Source of the DNA: Eubacteriales bacterium
GTDB lineage: Bacteria > Bacillota > Clostridia > Oscillospirales > CAG-382
Reading direction: 5' to 3'
NCBI GenBank assembly: GCA_045540015.1
Contig: JAZQGP010000004.1
Coordinates: 30,880-94,879 of the forward strand
Length of the DNA: 64,000 nt
This document shows positions 29,154 to 39,434 of the stretch, one piece after another; position 1 is the stretch's first letter, and each line of letters begins with the position of its first letter. The translations under genes and the position numbers were made by a program. The notes under the pieces are model-generated. The model did no database searches, was not told the origin of the DNA, and saw nothing but the letters and a program-made list of their open reading frames with translations.

Positions 29154-29780
29154 TTATGAAAGTGAGGTTCTTCCCTCTATTGCTCTGTAAAGCGTAAGCT
29201 CATCTGCATATTCAAGGTCGCCGCCGACGGGGATACCGTATGCAAGACGCGAAATCTTTACTCCAAAAGGCTCAAGCAGCTTTGAAATGTACATTGCCGT
29301 TGCATCGCCCTCAACACTCGGATTCGTTGCAAGGATTACTTCGATTTCGCAAGCAGGGTGTTTATCTGTCAAGTCCTTTACACGCGAAACGAGAGGGGTA
29401 ATTGTCAGCATTTCGGGAGTTTTTCCGTCAAGCGGAGATATAACCCCGTAAAGCACATGGAAAACACCTCTGTACTCGCTTATTCTCTCAACAGCTCCGA
29501 CATCTCTGGGATTTTCGACAACGCAGATTGTTTTTTGGTCGCGTTTTTCATCTGCACATACAGGGCAAACCTCGCCTTCCGAAACGTTCTGACAAATACT
29601 GCAGCGTGTAACGCTCTTTTTTGCCGAGAGTATTGCTTCCGCAAAATCGTTTGCCTGCTCCTCCGACAAGTCAAGCACGTGGAATGCAAGCCTGTATGCA
29701 CTTTTCTTTCCTATACCCGGAAGACTGCGAAAATGCTTTGCAAGTCTTTCCAGCGGCGTAATGTATGATATCTCCGACAT
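29154..29780 (-). CDS. recR: recombination protein RecR
   Basis: HhH N-terminus 'LPGIGKKSA', C4 zinc finger 'CSICQN..CPVC', Toprim domain. Confidence 0.93.
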   Translation of the reverse strand: MSEISYITPLERLAKHFRSLPGIGKKSAYRLAFHVLDLSEEQANDFAEAILSAKKSVTRCSICQNVSEGEVCPVCADEKRDQKTICVVENPRDVGAVERISEYRGVFHVLYGVISPLDGKTPEMLTITPLVSRVKDLTDKHPACEIEVILATNPSVEGDATAMYISKLLEPFGVKISRLAYGIPVGGDLEYADELTLYRAIEGRTSLS

Positions 29781-29819
29781 AGCTCTCCGTATAGCGCTTT
29801 TGTGCGCTGTTTCTAAAAT

Positions 29820-30923
29820 TTATTTTTTCTCTGTAAGACAAGTGTAAATATCAAAAATCTCATTGTATACTTTTTCGGGACTGAACTTTTCCCGTATTGT
29901 TTTTGCGCAGTTTTTTCGGCATTCGTCGTATAGCTCTGAGTTTTCGGCAAGCATTTGTATTGACTCTGCCATGGCGTCTGTGTCACCGTATTCGACAAGC
30001 TTTCCGCAGCCCGTTTCTTCATTTACGATATCGCTGTTTCCGCCTACATTCGTTGCAACGACGGGAAGTGAGGCATTAAGCGCTTCGAGGATTGCAAGGC
30101 TGAGGGATTCGTGACTTACTGATGAGTTGACATACAAATCCGAACCGAAAAGAATGTTGTACGCATCCTTTCTGAAGCCGAGAAGCTTTATTTTATCCGA
30201 AAGTCCCTTTTCTTCAACCTTTGTTTTTATATCCTCAAAAAGCTCTCCTTCTCCTGCGATAAGAAGCACAAAATCGCGCTTTATACTTTTGCAAAGCTTT
30301 TCAATGCTGTCAACGAGAAACTCAAGACCTTTTGAAGCATGGAATCTTGCAAGTGTGGATATGACAAAGGTGTCATCGGCGATTCCGAGCTCCTCTCGTA
30401 TTTCCGACTTGTACCTTCCTTCTTCATTAGGCACAACTCCGTAAGGAATAACGGAGATTTTTTTCCTCGGATATCCGTTTGCACAAAGCTGCTCTTTTCC
30501 GCTTGTGCAGATTGAGATAATCCTGTTTGCATGTGAAGCGACAAGCCTGTTTGAAATTCTCCTTGAAAGACTGTCCTCATACGTCAGATGACTTGTAAAA
30601 ACTATTTTTATTTTTCTTTTGCAGAACAGGCGTGAGAAAAGCGCAATATACAATTCCTTCGGATACTGTACATGTATAATATCTATTTTATTCTCACGGC
30701 AAATCCGCGCAAGTGTTTTAGCCGCCTTTAAATCAAACAGCCCTTGCAGATCAAACTGAAATGTGCTTATTTTTCTTTCCGCCATTTTTTCGGAAAGATA
30801 ACCCGGGATATTGTATGCAAAATAACATTTTGCCCTTTTGTCGCTGTACTGCTCGACAAGATTAAGTACATACTTTTCGGCACCGGCTTTTGCTGCACGG
30901 TTCACAAGATACAGAATTTTCAT
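29820..30923 (-). CDS. glycosyltransferase family 4
   Basis: GT-B fold with C-terminal 'SHESLSLAILEALNASLPVVATNVGG'. The ORF-track TTG start is actually the GGAGG RBS of the ATG at 30923. Confidence 0.82.
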   Translation of the reverse strand: MKILYLVNRAAKAGAEKYVLNLVEQYSDKRAKCYFAYNIPGYLSEKMAERKISTFQFDLQGLFDLKAAKTLARICRENKIDIIHVQYPKELYIALFSRLFCKRKIKIVFTSHLTYEDSLSRRISNRLVASHANRIISICTSGKEQLCANGYPRKKISVIPYGVVPNEEGRYKSEIREELGIADDTFVISTLARFHASKGLEFLVDSIEKLCKSIKRDFVLLIAGEGELFEDIKTKVEEKGLSDKIKLLGFRKDAYNILFGSDLYVNSSVSHESLSLAILEALNASLPVVATNVGGNSDIVNEETGCGKLVEYGDTDAMAESIQMLAENSELYDECRKNCAKTIREKFSPEKVYNEIFDIYTCLTEKK

Positions 30924-30968
30924 AAACTCCTCCAAAGGCTTTTAGTTATCTGTATGTTTATTGTACTG

Positions 30969-32972
30969 CTATTGTTGCAAATAGTCGTCGATGGCGTTCT
31001 TTAGTTTTTCAACAGCTTGGGCGAGAGTGACGTTTTTAAGCTGCGCTCCTGCCGCGTCAAAGTGACCGCCGCCGCCGAGCTTTTCAAGCACCAGCTGAAC
31101 GTTTATATTTCCGTCCGAGCGAGCTGAAACAGTAACCTCGTCTTGTATCATACAAAGTACAAACGATGTTGAAACACCTTCAACAGACAACAGCCTGTCT
31201 GCCGCTTTTGCCGCAACGATTCTGTCTTTTCCGTCGGCGTCGCCCTCATATACCGAAATTGCAATACAGTCACGGTAAATCTGTATGTTGTTTTCAAAAA
31301 CAGATTCACGCATGAAGGTCTGGATATTGGTTCTGAACAGCTTTTGTGCTTCAAATGGGCTTGCTCCTTCGGAACGAAGGTAAAGTGCGGCTCCAAAGGT
31401 TCCGACTCCAGTGTTTTTGGTGAACTGCTTTGTATCAAGAATAATTCCGGAAAACAGAAGATTTGCTTCGGCCTGTGTCAATGTACCCGGCAAAAGCACC
31501 TGCTCAAGAATTTCACACATAAGCTCTGAAACCGAAGAAGAAGCAGGCTCAATATACTGTCTTACCGGCTCTCTTACAAGCTCTCCTGTTTTTCTGTGAT
31601 GGTCAATTATAATGAAGTTTGCCGCGGATTCATAAAGCTCGGGAACTTCAAAAAGAGCAGGGTTATTGACATCACACACAATAAGCAGGGTTTCAGAACG
31701 GAGAAGCTCCTGCGCGGATTCACGGTCTACAAACAAATCCGCGTATTCCTTGTATTCTTTTTTGCCGCGCATACTGTTGAATATGGGCTTTAAATTATAG
31801 TCATGAATGTTTACTACGACATTTACGGGCTTTCCGAGATACTTTGCAAGTCTGGAAACCGCAACACAAGATGCAACCGAGTCATGGTCGGCATATTTAT
31901 GTCCCATTACAATTACGTTTGAGCTCTTATTGATAAGCGCGCAAAGCTCATTTGCAAACACTCTTGAGCGAACCTTGGTCTTTTTCTGAACACCCTTGGA
32001 ACGTCCGCCGTAGTATTCGGTTGCTTTTCTTGTCTTTACAACTGCCTGATCGCCGCCTCGCTGCAGCGCGTGGTCAAGTGCAACACGGGAGGCTGCTTCC
32101 TTTTCTGACAGTGTGCCGTCTGAGCAGGCAATTCCGACAGAAGCCGTAAATTGCATTACAACATCGTCAACCGTTATGCTTCTGATTTTATCCAGGATTT
32201 CAAATTTGTTCTCACAAAGTTCTGCGAGATACTTTTCCTCAAAAATAATAATATATTTTTCCCTGTCGTACTCCTTGACTATTCCGTTTATTGAAGCACT
32301 CCACTTATCAATTTCGCTTCCGATAACCGCAAGCGCCGTTCTTGTTTTATCCTGAACAAACTGCATTGCTTCCGAGAAATTGTCAATTACGAGAAAAGCT
32401 ACAAGTGCATTCTTTTCGGAAAGCTCATGTTTTGCCTTTAAAAGGTCTGTTTTGTCCTGCCACACTGTTATGCAGTACTGCTTTCCCGAGGATGCGGCAA
32501 GAGTGGTTGAAACTTCATACTGTACGCCTGAAAGAGCAACAAACACCGGAAGTGCGTCTTCCCTGAAAAGTCTTGAGGGAGTAAGCGTGTGATTTATCTT
32601 TTCGGCAAGGCTTTTTCCGTATAGTGTTCCTTTTATATCGGCTGCGGCGGCAAACGCCCTGTTATACCATGCGATATCGCCGGACTTGTTAATAATTACA
32701 ACAGGCAGAGTGCTCTGCATTACATAATCAAGAGCAAGTCCCGAGAGCATCGGGCTTTCGCTTGACAGCTTGGTTTTCTTTCTGTCGTATCCGAGATAGA
32801 CCGTCACTGCCGCAACATACAGTACCCCAAGGCACACAGATGCTGCAAAGAGCAGGTTTCCCTTAACTATGCCGGTGACTGCAAACGGCAACAGCATACA
32901 CAGTGCAAATATTACCGATTTCTTTGTAAGCGCCTTAATTAAAAGTTCTTTTGCTTGTTTCAAATACATCAC
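30969..32972 (-). CDS. gdpP: GdpP-type DHH/DHHA1 phosphodiesterase (c-di-AMP phosphodiesterase architecture)
   Basis: Two N-terminal TM helices, PAS-like and degenerate GGDEF region, 'HKYADHDS' DHH motif and 'GGGGH' DHHA1 motif. Confidence 0.82.
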   Translation of the reverse strand: MMYLKQAKELLIKALTKKSVIFALCMLLPFAVTGIVKGNLLFAASVCLGVLYVAAVTVYLGYDRKKTKLSSESPMLSGLALDYVMQSTLPVVIINKSGDIAWYNRAFAAAADIKGTLYGKSLAEKINHTLTPSRLFREDALPVFVALSGVQYEVSTTLAASSGKQYCITVWQDKTDLLKAKHELSEKNALVAFLVIDNFSEAMQFVQDKTRTALAVIGSEIDKWSASINGIVKEYDREKYIIIFEEKYLAELCENKFEILDKIRSITVDDVVMQFTASVGIACSDGTLSEKEAASRVALDHALQRGGDQAVVKTRKATEYYGGRSKGVQKKTKVRSRVFANELCALINKSSNVIVMGHKYADHDSVASCVAVSRLAKYLGKPVNVVVNIHDYNLKPIFNSMRGKKEYKEYADLFVDRESAQELLRSETLLIVCDVNNPALFEVPELYESAANFIIIDHHRKTGELVREPVRQYIEPASSSVSELMCEILEQVLLPGTLTQAEANLLFSGIILDTKQFTKNTGVGTFGAALYLRSEGASPFEAQKLFRTNIQTFMRESVFENNIQIYRDCIAISVYEGDADGKDRIVAAKAADRLLSVEGVSTSFVLCMIQDEVTVSARSDGNINVQLVLEKLGGGGHFDAAGAQLKNVTLAQAVEKLKNAIDDYLQQ

Positions 32973-33039
32973 TTCCGTCTGAATTTCCGAATACGTTCGG
33001 ATTTTCCTGATATGTCAATAAAATAAATATTTACAAAAG

Positions 33040-34191
33040 CTATTTATCCTTTTTTTCAAACAGTTTTATTCTTTCCCTGAAGTTTACTATATACACGCCC
33101 ACGAAAGCAAGCATTACGAAAGAATAAACCTGTACGATACCCGATATTATCACAAAACCCACTATCATAAGCAATACGCTTGCAAATGGGTGTATACCGC
33201 GCTTTTTCATAAAGCGGTATATGCTTTTCAGTGCGATTATGTCAAGAAGCGGTGTGAGCATAATAACAAGGTTTACGCTTGTTATTATAGCCGCAGCGGG
33301 AAATCTTATTATACTGCCGAGAATTGCTATAAAAACAGCCGCATTGAAAACGCGCGCAGTAACACCGCTGACTGTGTATTCCCACGGCTCGTTTTCTCTT
33401 GAAAGAGCAATGCCGCCGCTTTTTGCAAACACTCCCAAGAACGCAATTATTACAAATGCACCCATCATTGACACAAGTGCAATGATTGCCGGAAGACACG
33501 AACGTAAAACAGACAAAAGAGCATCAACACCTGTTTCAAGAATGGGCATCAGCGTTTCTTTTGTTATTTCCTCCTGAGATACAACGCCCGAAAGTGCAGT
33601 CTTGAACATATTGAGAAACTCTTCGTTACTAAGCGCAGTTCCGTAAACGGATAAAACAGTTTCACGGATTGTTCTGAAAACGGAATTTATCTCTTCAATG
33701 ACAAGAGCGGGTGAAAAATATCCGTTTTTCGTTACAGCCATAACACAGAGTGAAACAAGCACCATAATTGTAAACACAACGCATATGCCTATAAGCATAA
33801 CTGTTTTGGAATGCTTTTTTATACAGCAGTAAAACATAAATGCAGCAACAGCAACCATGCCGGATGCGCAAATCAGAGTATCGGCAACACATGCGCTTCC
33901 CGCACTTTTAACTGCACCCGAAAACAGCGCAATTAAAAATGCTGCAATTGCTCCAAGGAGAGGGATTGCTCTTGCCGTATTTGACCTTGCCGTAATAAGC
34001 GATGTGCAATATGCTGCCGGAAAAATAAGCATTATAATAAGAGAAAAAAGCGTGCTTCTTCCGGAAATTGTGCTACTGAGAATAACATACAGCGACAAAA
34101 GGGAAATAATGGGCATTACAAATGCTGCAAAGGAGTTTCTCTTTGCCGGAGATGTTACGTTGTTTTCCTGCGGTGTCTGATTGTTTTCCAT
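33040..34191 (-). CDS. polytopic membrane protein, YybS/DUF2232-like
   Basis: Multi-TM protein immediately upstream of gdpP, the same synteny as Bacillus yybS-yybT. The family call rests mainly on context. Confidence 0.55.
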   Translation of the reverse strand: MENNQTPQENNVTSPAKRNSFAAFVMPIISLLSLYVILSSTISGRSTLFSLIIMLIFPAAYCTSLITARSNTARAIPLLGAIAAFLIALFSGAVKSAGSACVADTLICASGMVAVAAFMFYCCIKKHSKTVMLIGICVVFTIMVLVSLCVMAVTKNGYFSPALVIEEINSVFRTIRETVLSVYGTALSNEEFLNMFKTALSGVVSQEEITKETLMPILETGVDALLSVLRSCLPAIIALVSMMGAFVIIAFLGVFAKSGGIALSRENEPWEYTVSGVTARVFNAAVFIAILGSIIRFPAAAIITSVNLVIMLTPLLDIIALKSIYRFMKKRGIHPFASVLLMIVGFVIISGIVQVYSFVMLAFVGVYIVNFRERIKLFEKKDK

Positions 34192-34230
34192 TTATGTCTC
34201 CTTAACCCTACCGAAATTGCAAGTGTCTTA

Positions 34231-36792
34231 TCAATGACAGCTTTCCCAGTTATATCCTGTTCCTGTTGCTACTTCAAGCGGAACGGAAAGTGTTGCCGCG
34301 CCTGTCATTTCTTCGCGTAAAATTTCAAGAGCTCTCTGAGCATGTTTTTCCTCACATTCAACTATAAGCTCGTCGTGTACTTGAAGAATAAGCTTTGCGG
34401 AAAGCTTTTCTTCTTTCAGTCTGTCATATACGCGCACCATTGCTATTTTTATAATATCTGCCGCGGTTCCTTGAATGGGTGCGTTCATTGCAACTCTCTC
34501 GCCAAAAGTTCTGGTTTTAAAAATTCTCGACTTGATTTCGGGAACGTATCTTCGTCTTGCAAAGAGTGTTGAAACAAAGCCGTCTTCAAGAGCCTGTTTC
34601 TTTACGTTATCAAGATAAGCCTTAACGCCGGGATAATTTTCAAAATATCTCTCAATATAGCTTGCCGCCTCTTTTTTGGTAACCTTTATATCGCCTGCAA
34701 GCGAGAAATCGGAAATGCCGTAGATTATACCGAAGTTTACCGCCTTTGCTTTCTTTCTCATGTCGGAAGTAACATCGTTTTCCGATACTCCGAACACTTG
34801 AGAAGCTGTCATTGTATGGATATCCCTGCCGTCAAGGTAAGTCTTAATCATATTTTTGTCACCCGACATTGCCGCCATAAGACGAAGCTCTATCTGGGAA
34901 TAGTCTGCATCAATAAGCACTTTTCCGTTTTCGGGGATAAACACTTTTCTTATTTCGCGTCCTTCAGCGGTGCGTATCGGTATATTTTGCAGATTCGGTT
35001 CTGCAGAGGAAAGGCGTCCCGTCAGAGTAAATGCCTGTTTGAAATTTGTGTGAAGCCGTCCGTCATCACCTATTGCCTTTAATAGTCCGTCGGCATATGT
35101 GCTTTTAAGCTTTGCGACGGTTCTGTATTCGAGAATTGCATCTATTATCGGATGATGCTCGCGCAATTTTTCAAGCGTTTCGGCATCTGTTGAATAGCCT
35201 GTTTTGGTTTTCTTTGGTGCAGGAAGTCCGAGACGTTCAAACAGAACCTCGCCGAGCTGTTTTGGGGAATTTATATTAAATTCGCCTTCTGAATATCCGT
35301 AAATCTCCTGCATACGAAGCTGAATCTTTTCATCAAGTTCTTTTCCGTAATTTTCAAGAGCCTTTTTATCAACGAGAAAGCCCTCATGCTCCATATCTGC
35401 AAGCACAATCGACAGCGGAAATTCAACGTTATAAAGCAGGTTTTCCTGTCCGTTTTCCTTTATGCGTGTACTAAGCTCATCTTTCAGCTCACACATAAAG
35501 TCAAGCACCGATGCAAAAATCTTTTCGTCGTTGTCTTTTTCACCGGAAAGAGCTTTTCCTGCAAAAAGACGGTCGCTTGTAACAACGCTCGACGGGTCAG
35601 CAACATAAGAAGCGAGCATAATGTCAAAGAATTTTGCTTTTATTTCGTATCTGCCGAGAGAATACAGATATACCTGAAGCGATTTTGCATCATGAAGCGT
35701 TATATCCTTATTCTCATCGCACAAAAGCGCGGTTATATTTTCTGCGTTTGCAGGCAGAGAAAAATATTTTCCGTCTGCTTTTATATAAATTCTGCCGCTG
35801 TCAAAATCAAAGTAAGCACAAAGACAGGCTTCTGTTATATCAGCTGCTGTTTCGACACGGCTTATTTTAACGGTTGAAAGTGTATCTGTCTGAAAATCGT
35901 CGTCAAAAAGACTGCCCTGCGTATTTTTTTCGAGTCCGAGACGTTTTATTACCGAGAACAGCTCCAGATCTTCGCAAAGCGACATGAGAGAAGCCCTGTC
36001 CATTCCCGTATATTCAAGGTCGCAAAGCTCTGCACCAATTGGCGCATCCAGCTTTATTTCGGCAAGAAATCTGCTTGCAAATGCCATTTCCCTGCCTTCA
36101 TCGAGCTTTGCTCGTACGCTCTTTGTAAGTCCGTCTGCTTCGGGAAGCTCTTTATACAGATTTTCAACCGTTCCGAACTGCTTTATAAGTCCGAGTGCGG
36201 TTTTTTCGCCTATGCCGCGAACGCCGGGGATATTGTCCGAAGAGTCGCCCATAAGCGCTTTTAATTCTATAAGGTCATGAGGTTTTAAGCCATCATATTT
36301 TTCTGCAATTACGGATTCATCCGTAACAACTGTTTCCTTTGTGGAAACATACAGCACAGAAACATTATCACGGACAAGCTGATACGAGTCACGGTCACCC
36401 GTCATAACATATACGTGTGTATTCTCATCACCGAAAGACGAAAGCGTTCCGAGAATATCGTCTGCCTCAAAGCCTTCACAGGTAAGAATATGAAAGCCGA
36501 GATATTTTCCTGCGTTTTTTGCAGAGTCAAGCTGTTCATGAAGTTCCTCGGGCATGCCTTTTCTGGTTGCCTTATAAAAGTCATACGCTTCATGTCGGAA
36601 GGTCGGCTTTTTAAGGTCAAAGCAAAGTGCGGCATAATCGGGTTTTATGTCATCAAGTGCTTTTGTGAGCATGTTTATAAAGCCGAAAACGGCGTTTGTA
36701 TTTCTTCCGTCACGTGTTGTAAGTGGTTTTACGCCGTAAAACGCACGGTTTATAAGGCTATTGCCGTCAACGGCAAGCAGTTTTTTTGGCAT
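34231..36792 (-). CDS. polA: DNA polymerase I
   Basis: 5' nuclease 'LLAVDGNSLINRAFYG'. Pol motifs A 'DYSQIELRLMA', B 'RKKAKAVNFGIIYG' and C 'QVHDELIVE'. True start is the ATG at 36792 after GAGAGGA; the ORF-track extension to 36909 reads into a repeat hairpin. Confidence 0.93.
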   Translation of the reverse strand: MPKKLLAVDGNSLINRAFYGVKPLTTRDGRNTNAVFGFINMLTKALDDIKPDYAALCFDLKKPTFRHEAYDFYKATRKGMPEELHEQLDSAKNAGKYLGFHILTCEGFEADDILGTLSSFGDENTHVYVMTGDRDSYQLVRDNVSVLYVSTKETVVTDESVIAEKYDGLKPHDLIELKALMGDSSDNIPGVRGIGEKTALGLIKQFGTVENLYKELPEADGLTKSVRAKLDEGREMAFASRFLAEIKLDAPIGAELCDLEYTGMDRASLMSLCEDLELFSVIKRLGLEKNTQGSLFDDDFQTDTLSTVKISRVETAADITEACLCAYFDFDSGRIYIKADGKYFSLPANAENITALLCDENKDITLHDAKSLQVYLYSLGRYEIKAKFFDIMLASYVADPSSVVTSDRLFAGKALSGEKDNDEKIFASVLDFMCELKDELSTRIKENGQENLLYNVEFPLSIVLADMEHEGFLVDKKALENYGKELDEKIQLRMQEIYGYSEGEFNINSPKQLGEVLFERLGLPAPKKTKTGYSTDAETLEKLREHHPIIDAILEYRTVAKLKSTYADGLLKAIGDDGRLHTNFKQAFTLTGRLSSAEPNLQNIPIRTAEGREIRKVFIPENGKVLIDADYSQIELRLMAAMSGDKNMIKTYLDGRDIHTMTASQVFGVSENDVTSDMRKKAKAVNFGIIYGISDFSLAGDIKVTKKEAASYIERYFENYPGVKAYLDNVKKQALEDGFVSTLFARRRYVPEIKSRIFKTRTFGERVAMNAPIQGTAADIIKIAMVRVYDRLKEEKLSAKLILQVHDELIVECEEKHAQRALEILREEMTGAATLSVPLEVATGTGYNWESCH

Positions 36793-36813
36793 AGGATCCT
36801 CTCGCTTTCTCAC

Positions 36814-37228
36814 GCTTCTTGAAAGAAGCTTAGCACTTACTTTCTTGAAAGAAAGTAAGCAAAGAACTTTTGAACGGTGAAATTGATGTTTAAACAACAT
36901 CAATTTCACAACTCACCTTATTGTTATTTCAATTGAAACTTAAACAACAACAAATTAACTTTTTATATTCTTGTTAGTATTACCGATGAGGGTAGTTAAG
37001 CCACCACGGCGAAAGAAGGGAAGTCAGCGGAGATTTGGAAGGGTGAAATTGGAGATAATGTGAAGCTTTTCAGGTTTAGAAAATAGCATAACTCCAAATC
37101 GAGCCATCCCTTCTTTTTGAGTGGCGCCTTTGGGTACTTTTCAGCGTTGAAAAGTACAAAGAAACAAGCAACAGCTTCAAATTTATCAATCTCGGTCGGT
37201 AAGGTAATAAAATTTGCTTTTAATCCAC
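36814..37228. repeat. mosaic intergenic repeat, copy C (S, H, degenerate half-H, m2 inverted, m1 inverted)
   Basis: Fills the whole rbgA-polA gap. Confidence 0.8.
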
Positions 37229-37238
37229 CAAACACAAA

Positions 37239-38273
37239 CTAATCTAAAGTAATCCTTCCAATCCTGCCGTCGCGGAACTCATCAATAATGCACCGTGCCG
37301 TTCTCGGATAGTCGACTTCGCCGCCGGATACAAGAAGTCCGCGTTTTTTGCCGATAGCTTCAAAAATCTCGTGCGGTAGCTTTCCGTCTACATCCTCGCG
37401 TGAGAGCTTGTATCGGCTGTACATAAGAGAGGGATAGTCCTGCATGAGTTTTGAAACAAGCAGAACGGCGATACTTTCTATATCAAGAATTTCGTCGCGT
37501 ATAGCACCTGTAAAGGCAAGGTTAAGCCCAACTGCCTCATCATCAAACTTCGGCCACAAAACGCCGGGTGTATCAAGAAGCTCGATAAGACCGTCAACCG
37601 TTACCCACTGCTGAATACGAGTAACACCTGGTCTGTTTTCGCTCTTTGCTTTACGTTTTCCGTAAAGACGGTTAATAAGCGTTGACTTTCCGCAGTTTGT
37701 AACTCCCATTATCATGGCACGAGGAAGCTTATTCATTCCTTTTTCCTCGTATTTGTCGAGCTTTTCTTTAAGTATGCTTCTTATGGCCGGAATAATCTCA
37801 TCAATTCCCGCACCTGTCATACAGTCTGTAAAAATTACTCTGTGACCGTCCTTTGACAACTGCTCCTTATAGTAAGCATTTTTTGCAGGGTCGGAAAGAG
37901 AGCACTTGTTCATAACGGTAATAAACGGCTTTGAGCCGACAATTTCCGCAATTTTCGGGTTTCGGCTTGACACGGGGATGCGTGCATCACACAGCTCAAT
38001 TACTATGTCAATTTGCTTTAAGCTCGCTTCGATTTCACGCAAAGCCTTTGTCATGTGTCCCGGAAACCACTGAATTATTTTTGCAACTTCTCTTGCATTT
38101 GCCGCACCGGGTGAGGTCTCTTTTTTTGTTTTCGGTGCTTTTTTGGGCTTTGCCGAGTCGGTAGAGACTTTCTTGGGTGCGTGATAGAATTTTTTGTCGG
38201 ATTTTTGTTTTGCGGCGTTCTTTTTCTTTGCCGCCGCTTTGTATCCGGGTTTTATCTTCTTGTTTTCTGCCAC
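37239..38273 (-). CDS. rbgA: ribosome biogenesis GTPase A (YlqF/RbgA) with about 65-aa Lys-rich N-terminal extension
   Basis: 'QWFPGHMTKA', circularly permuted G motifs ('NKCSL' before 'GVTNCGKSTLIN'). Confidence 0.85.
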   Translation of the reverse strand: MAENKKIKPGYKAAAKKKNAAKQKSDKKFYHAPKKVSTDSAKPKKAPKTKKETSPGAANAREVAKIIQWFPGHMTKALREIEASLKQIDIVIELCDARIPVSSRNPKIAEIVGSKPFITVMNKCSLSDPAKNAYYKEQLSKDGHRVIFTDCMTGAGIDEIIPAIRSILKEKLDKYEEKGMNKLPRAMIMGVTNCGKSTLINRLYGKRKAKSENRPGVTRIQQWVTVDGLIELLDTPGVLWPKFDDEAVGLNLAFTGAIRDEILDIESIAVLLVSKLMQDYPSLMYSRYKLSREDVDGKLPHEIFEAIGKKRGLLVSGGEVDYPRTARCIIDEFRDGRIGRITLD

Positions 38274-38298
38274 GGTTGTTTCTCCGTATTTTAAAAAT

Positions 38299-39396
38299 TT
38301 ATTCTATTGTTTCCTGTCCTTCAACAACTTTTCCTCGTGATACTTCATTTTTTCTCTCGGGATACTCTTTTCCCAGATGCTCATATGCACGCTTTGTTGC
38401 CATTCTACCTCTTGGTGTGCGGTTTAGAAAACCAAGCTGCATAAGATACGGCTCGTATACGTCCTCTAAGGTTATTGCTTCTTCGCCGATAGTTGCTGCA
38501 AGCGTTTCGAGTCCCACGGGTCCGCCGTCAAAAAAGTCGATAATTGCACCAATCATTCTGCGGTCGGTCATGTCAAGGCCGAGTGAGTCTATTTCGAGCA
38601 TATTCAGTGCCGCATCTGCGGTTTTCTTATCAATGACTCCGTTTGCTCTTACCTGTGCATAGTCGCGAACACGCTTTAGAAGCCTGTTTGCAATTCTCGG
38701 TGTACCTCTTGAACGGCGTGCTATCTCAAACGCACCGTCGGGCTTTGCGTTAATACCAAGAATTTCTGCACTTCTTACAACTATGTCCGAAAGCTCTTCA
38801 TCTGTATACATTTCAAGCCTGTACAGATTTCCGAAACGGTCACGAAGCGGAGATGTCAGCTGTCCTGCACGCGTTGTTGCGCCGATAAGCGTAAACGGTG
38901 GTAAGGGCAAGCGTATGCTTCGTGCAGACGGCCCTTTGCCCATGATTATATCAAGATTATAGTCCTCCATTGCAGGATACAGAATTTCTTCCACCTGACG
39001 GGAGAGACGGTGAATTTCATCTATGAAAAGTATATCTCCGCTTTTGAGGTTGGTGAGAAGCGCCGCCAAATCTCCCTGCTTTTCTATTGCAGGTCCGCTA
39101 GTTATGCGTATGTCAACGCCCATTTCTGCGGCTATAATTGTTGCAAGTGTTGTTTTGCCAAGACCTGGAGGTCCGTGAAGCAGTATGTGGTCGAGTGTGT
39201 CGCCGCGCATTTTTGCAGCTTCCATGGAAATTGCAAGCTTCTCTTTTACTTTTTCCTGTCCTACATACTCATTTAGGGTTTTTGGGCGAAGCGAGACTTC
39301 GGCGTCTCTGTCTTCCTCTGCTTCCTCTGCGCTTATAACTCTGCTCTCGAAGTCGAAATCCTCCTCGGGCATCTGGTTTCTGCTGCTTTTAATCAT
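38299..39396 (-). CDS. ruvB: Holliday junction branch migration ATPase RuvB
   Basis: Walker A '[11 protein letters not shown]', 'IDEIHRL', 'RTPRG'. Confidence 0.95.
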   Translation of the reverse strand: MIKSSRNQMPEEDFDFESRVISAEEAEEDRDAEVSLRPKTLNEYVGQEKVKEKLAISMEAAKMRGDTLDHILLHGPPGLGKTTLATIIAAEMGVDIRITSGPAIEKQGDLAALLTNLKSGDILFIDEIHRLSRQVEEILYPAMEDYNLDIIMGKGPSARSIRLPLPPFTLIGATTRAGQLTSPLRDRFGNLYRLEMYTDEELSDIVVRSAEILGINAKPDGAFEIARRSRGTPRIANRLLKRVRDYAQVRANGVIDKKTADAALNMLEIDSLGLDMTDRRMIGAIIDFFDGGPVGLETLAATIGEEAITLEDVYEPYLMQLGFLNRTPRGRMATKRAYEHLGKEYPERKNEVSRGKVVEGQETIE

Positions 39397-39434
39397 GTCT
39401 GCACCTTATCGAACAAACGTTCCTTTGCTTAAAT

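Noticed and set aside
36793-36909. N-terminal 39-aa extension of polA in the ORF track ('MKLMLFKHQFHRSKV...').
   Set aside because: It starts at a GTG inside the H hairpin and is encoded entirely by repeat modules. The conserved 5'-nuclease N-terminus begins at the ATG at 36792, which has a good RBS.
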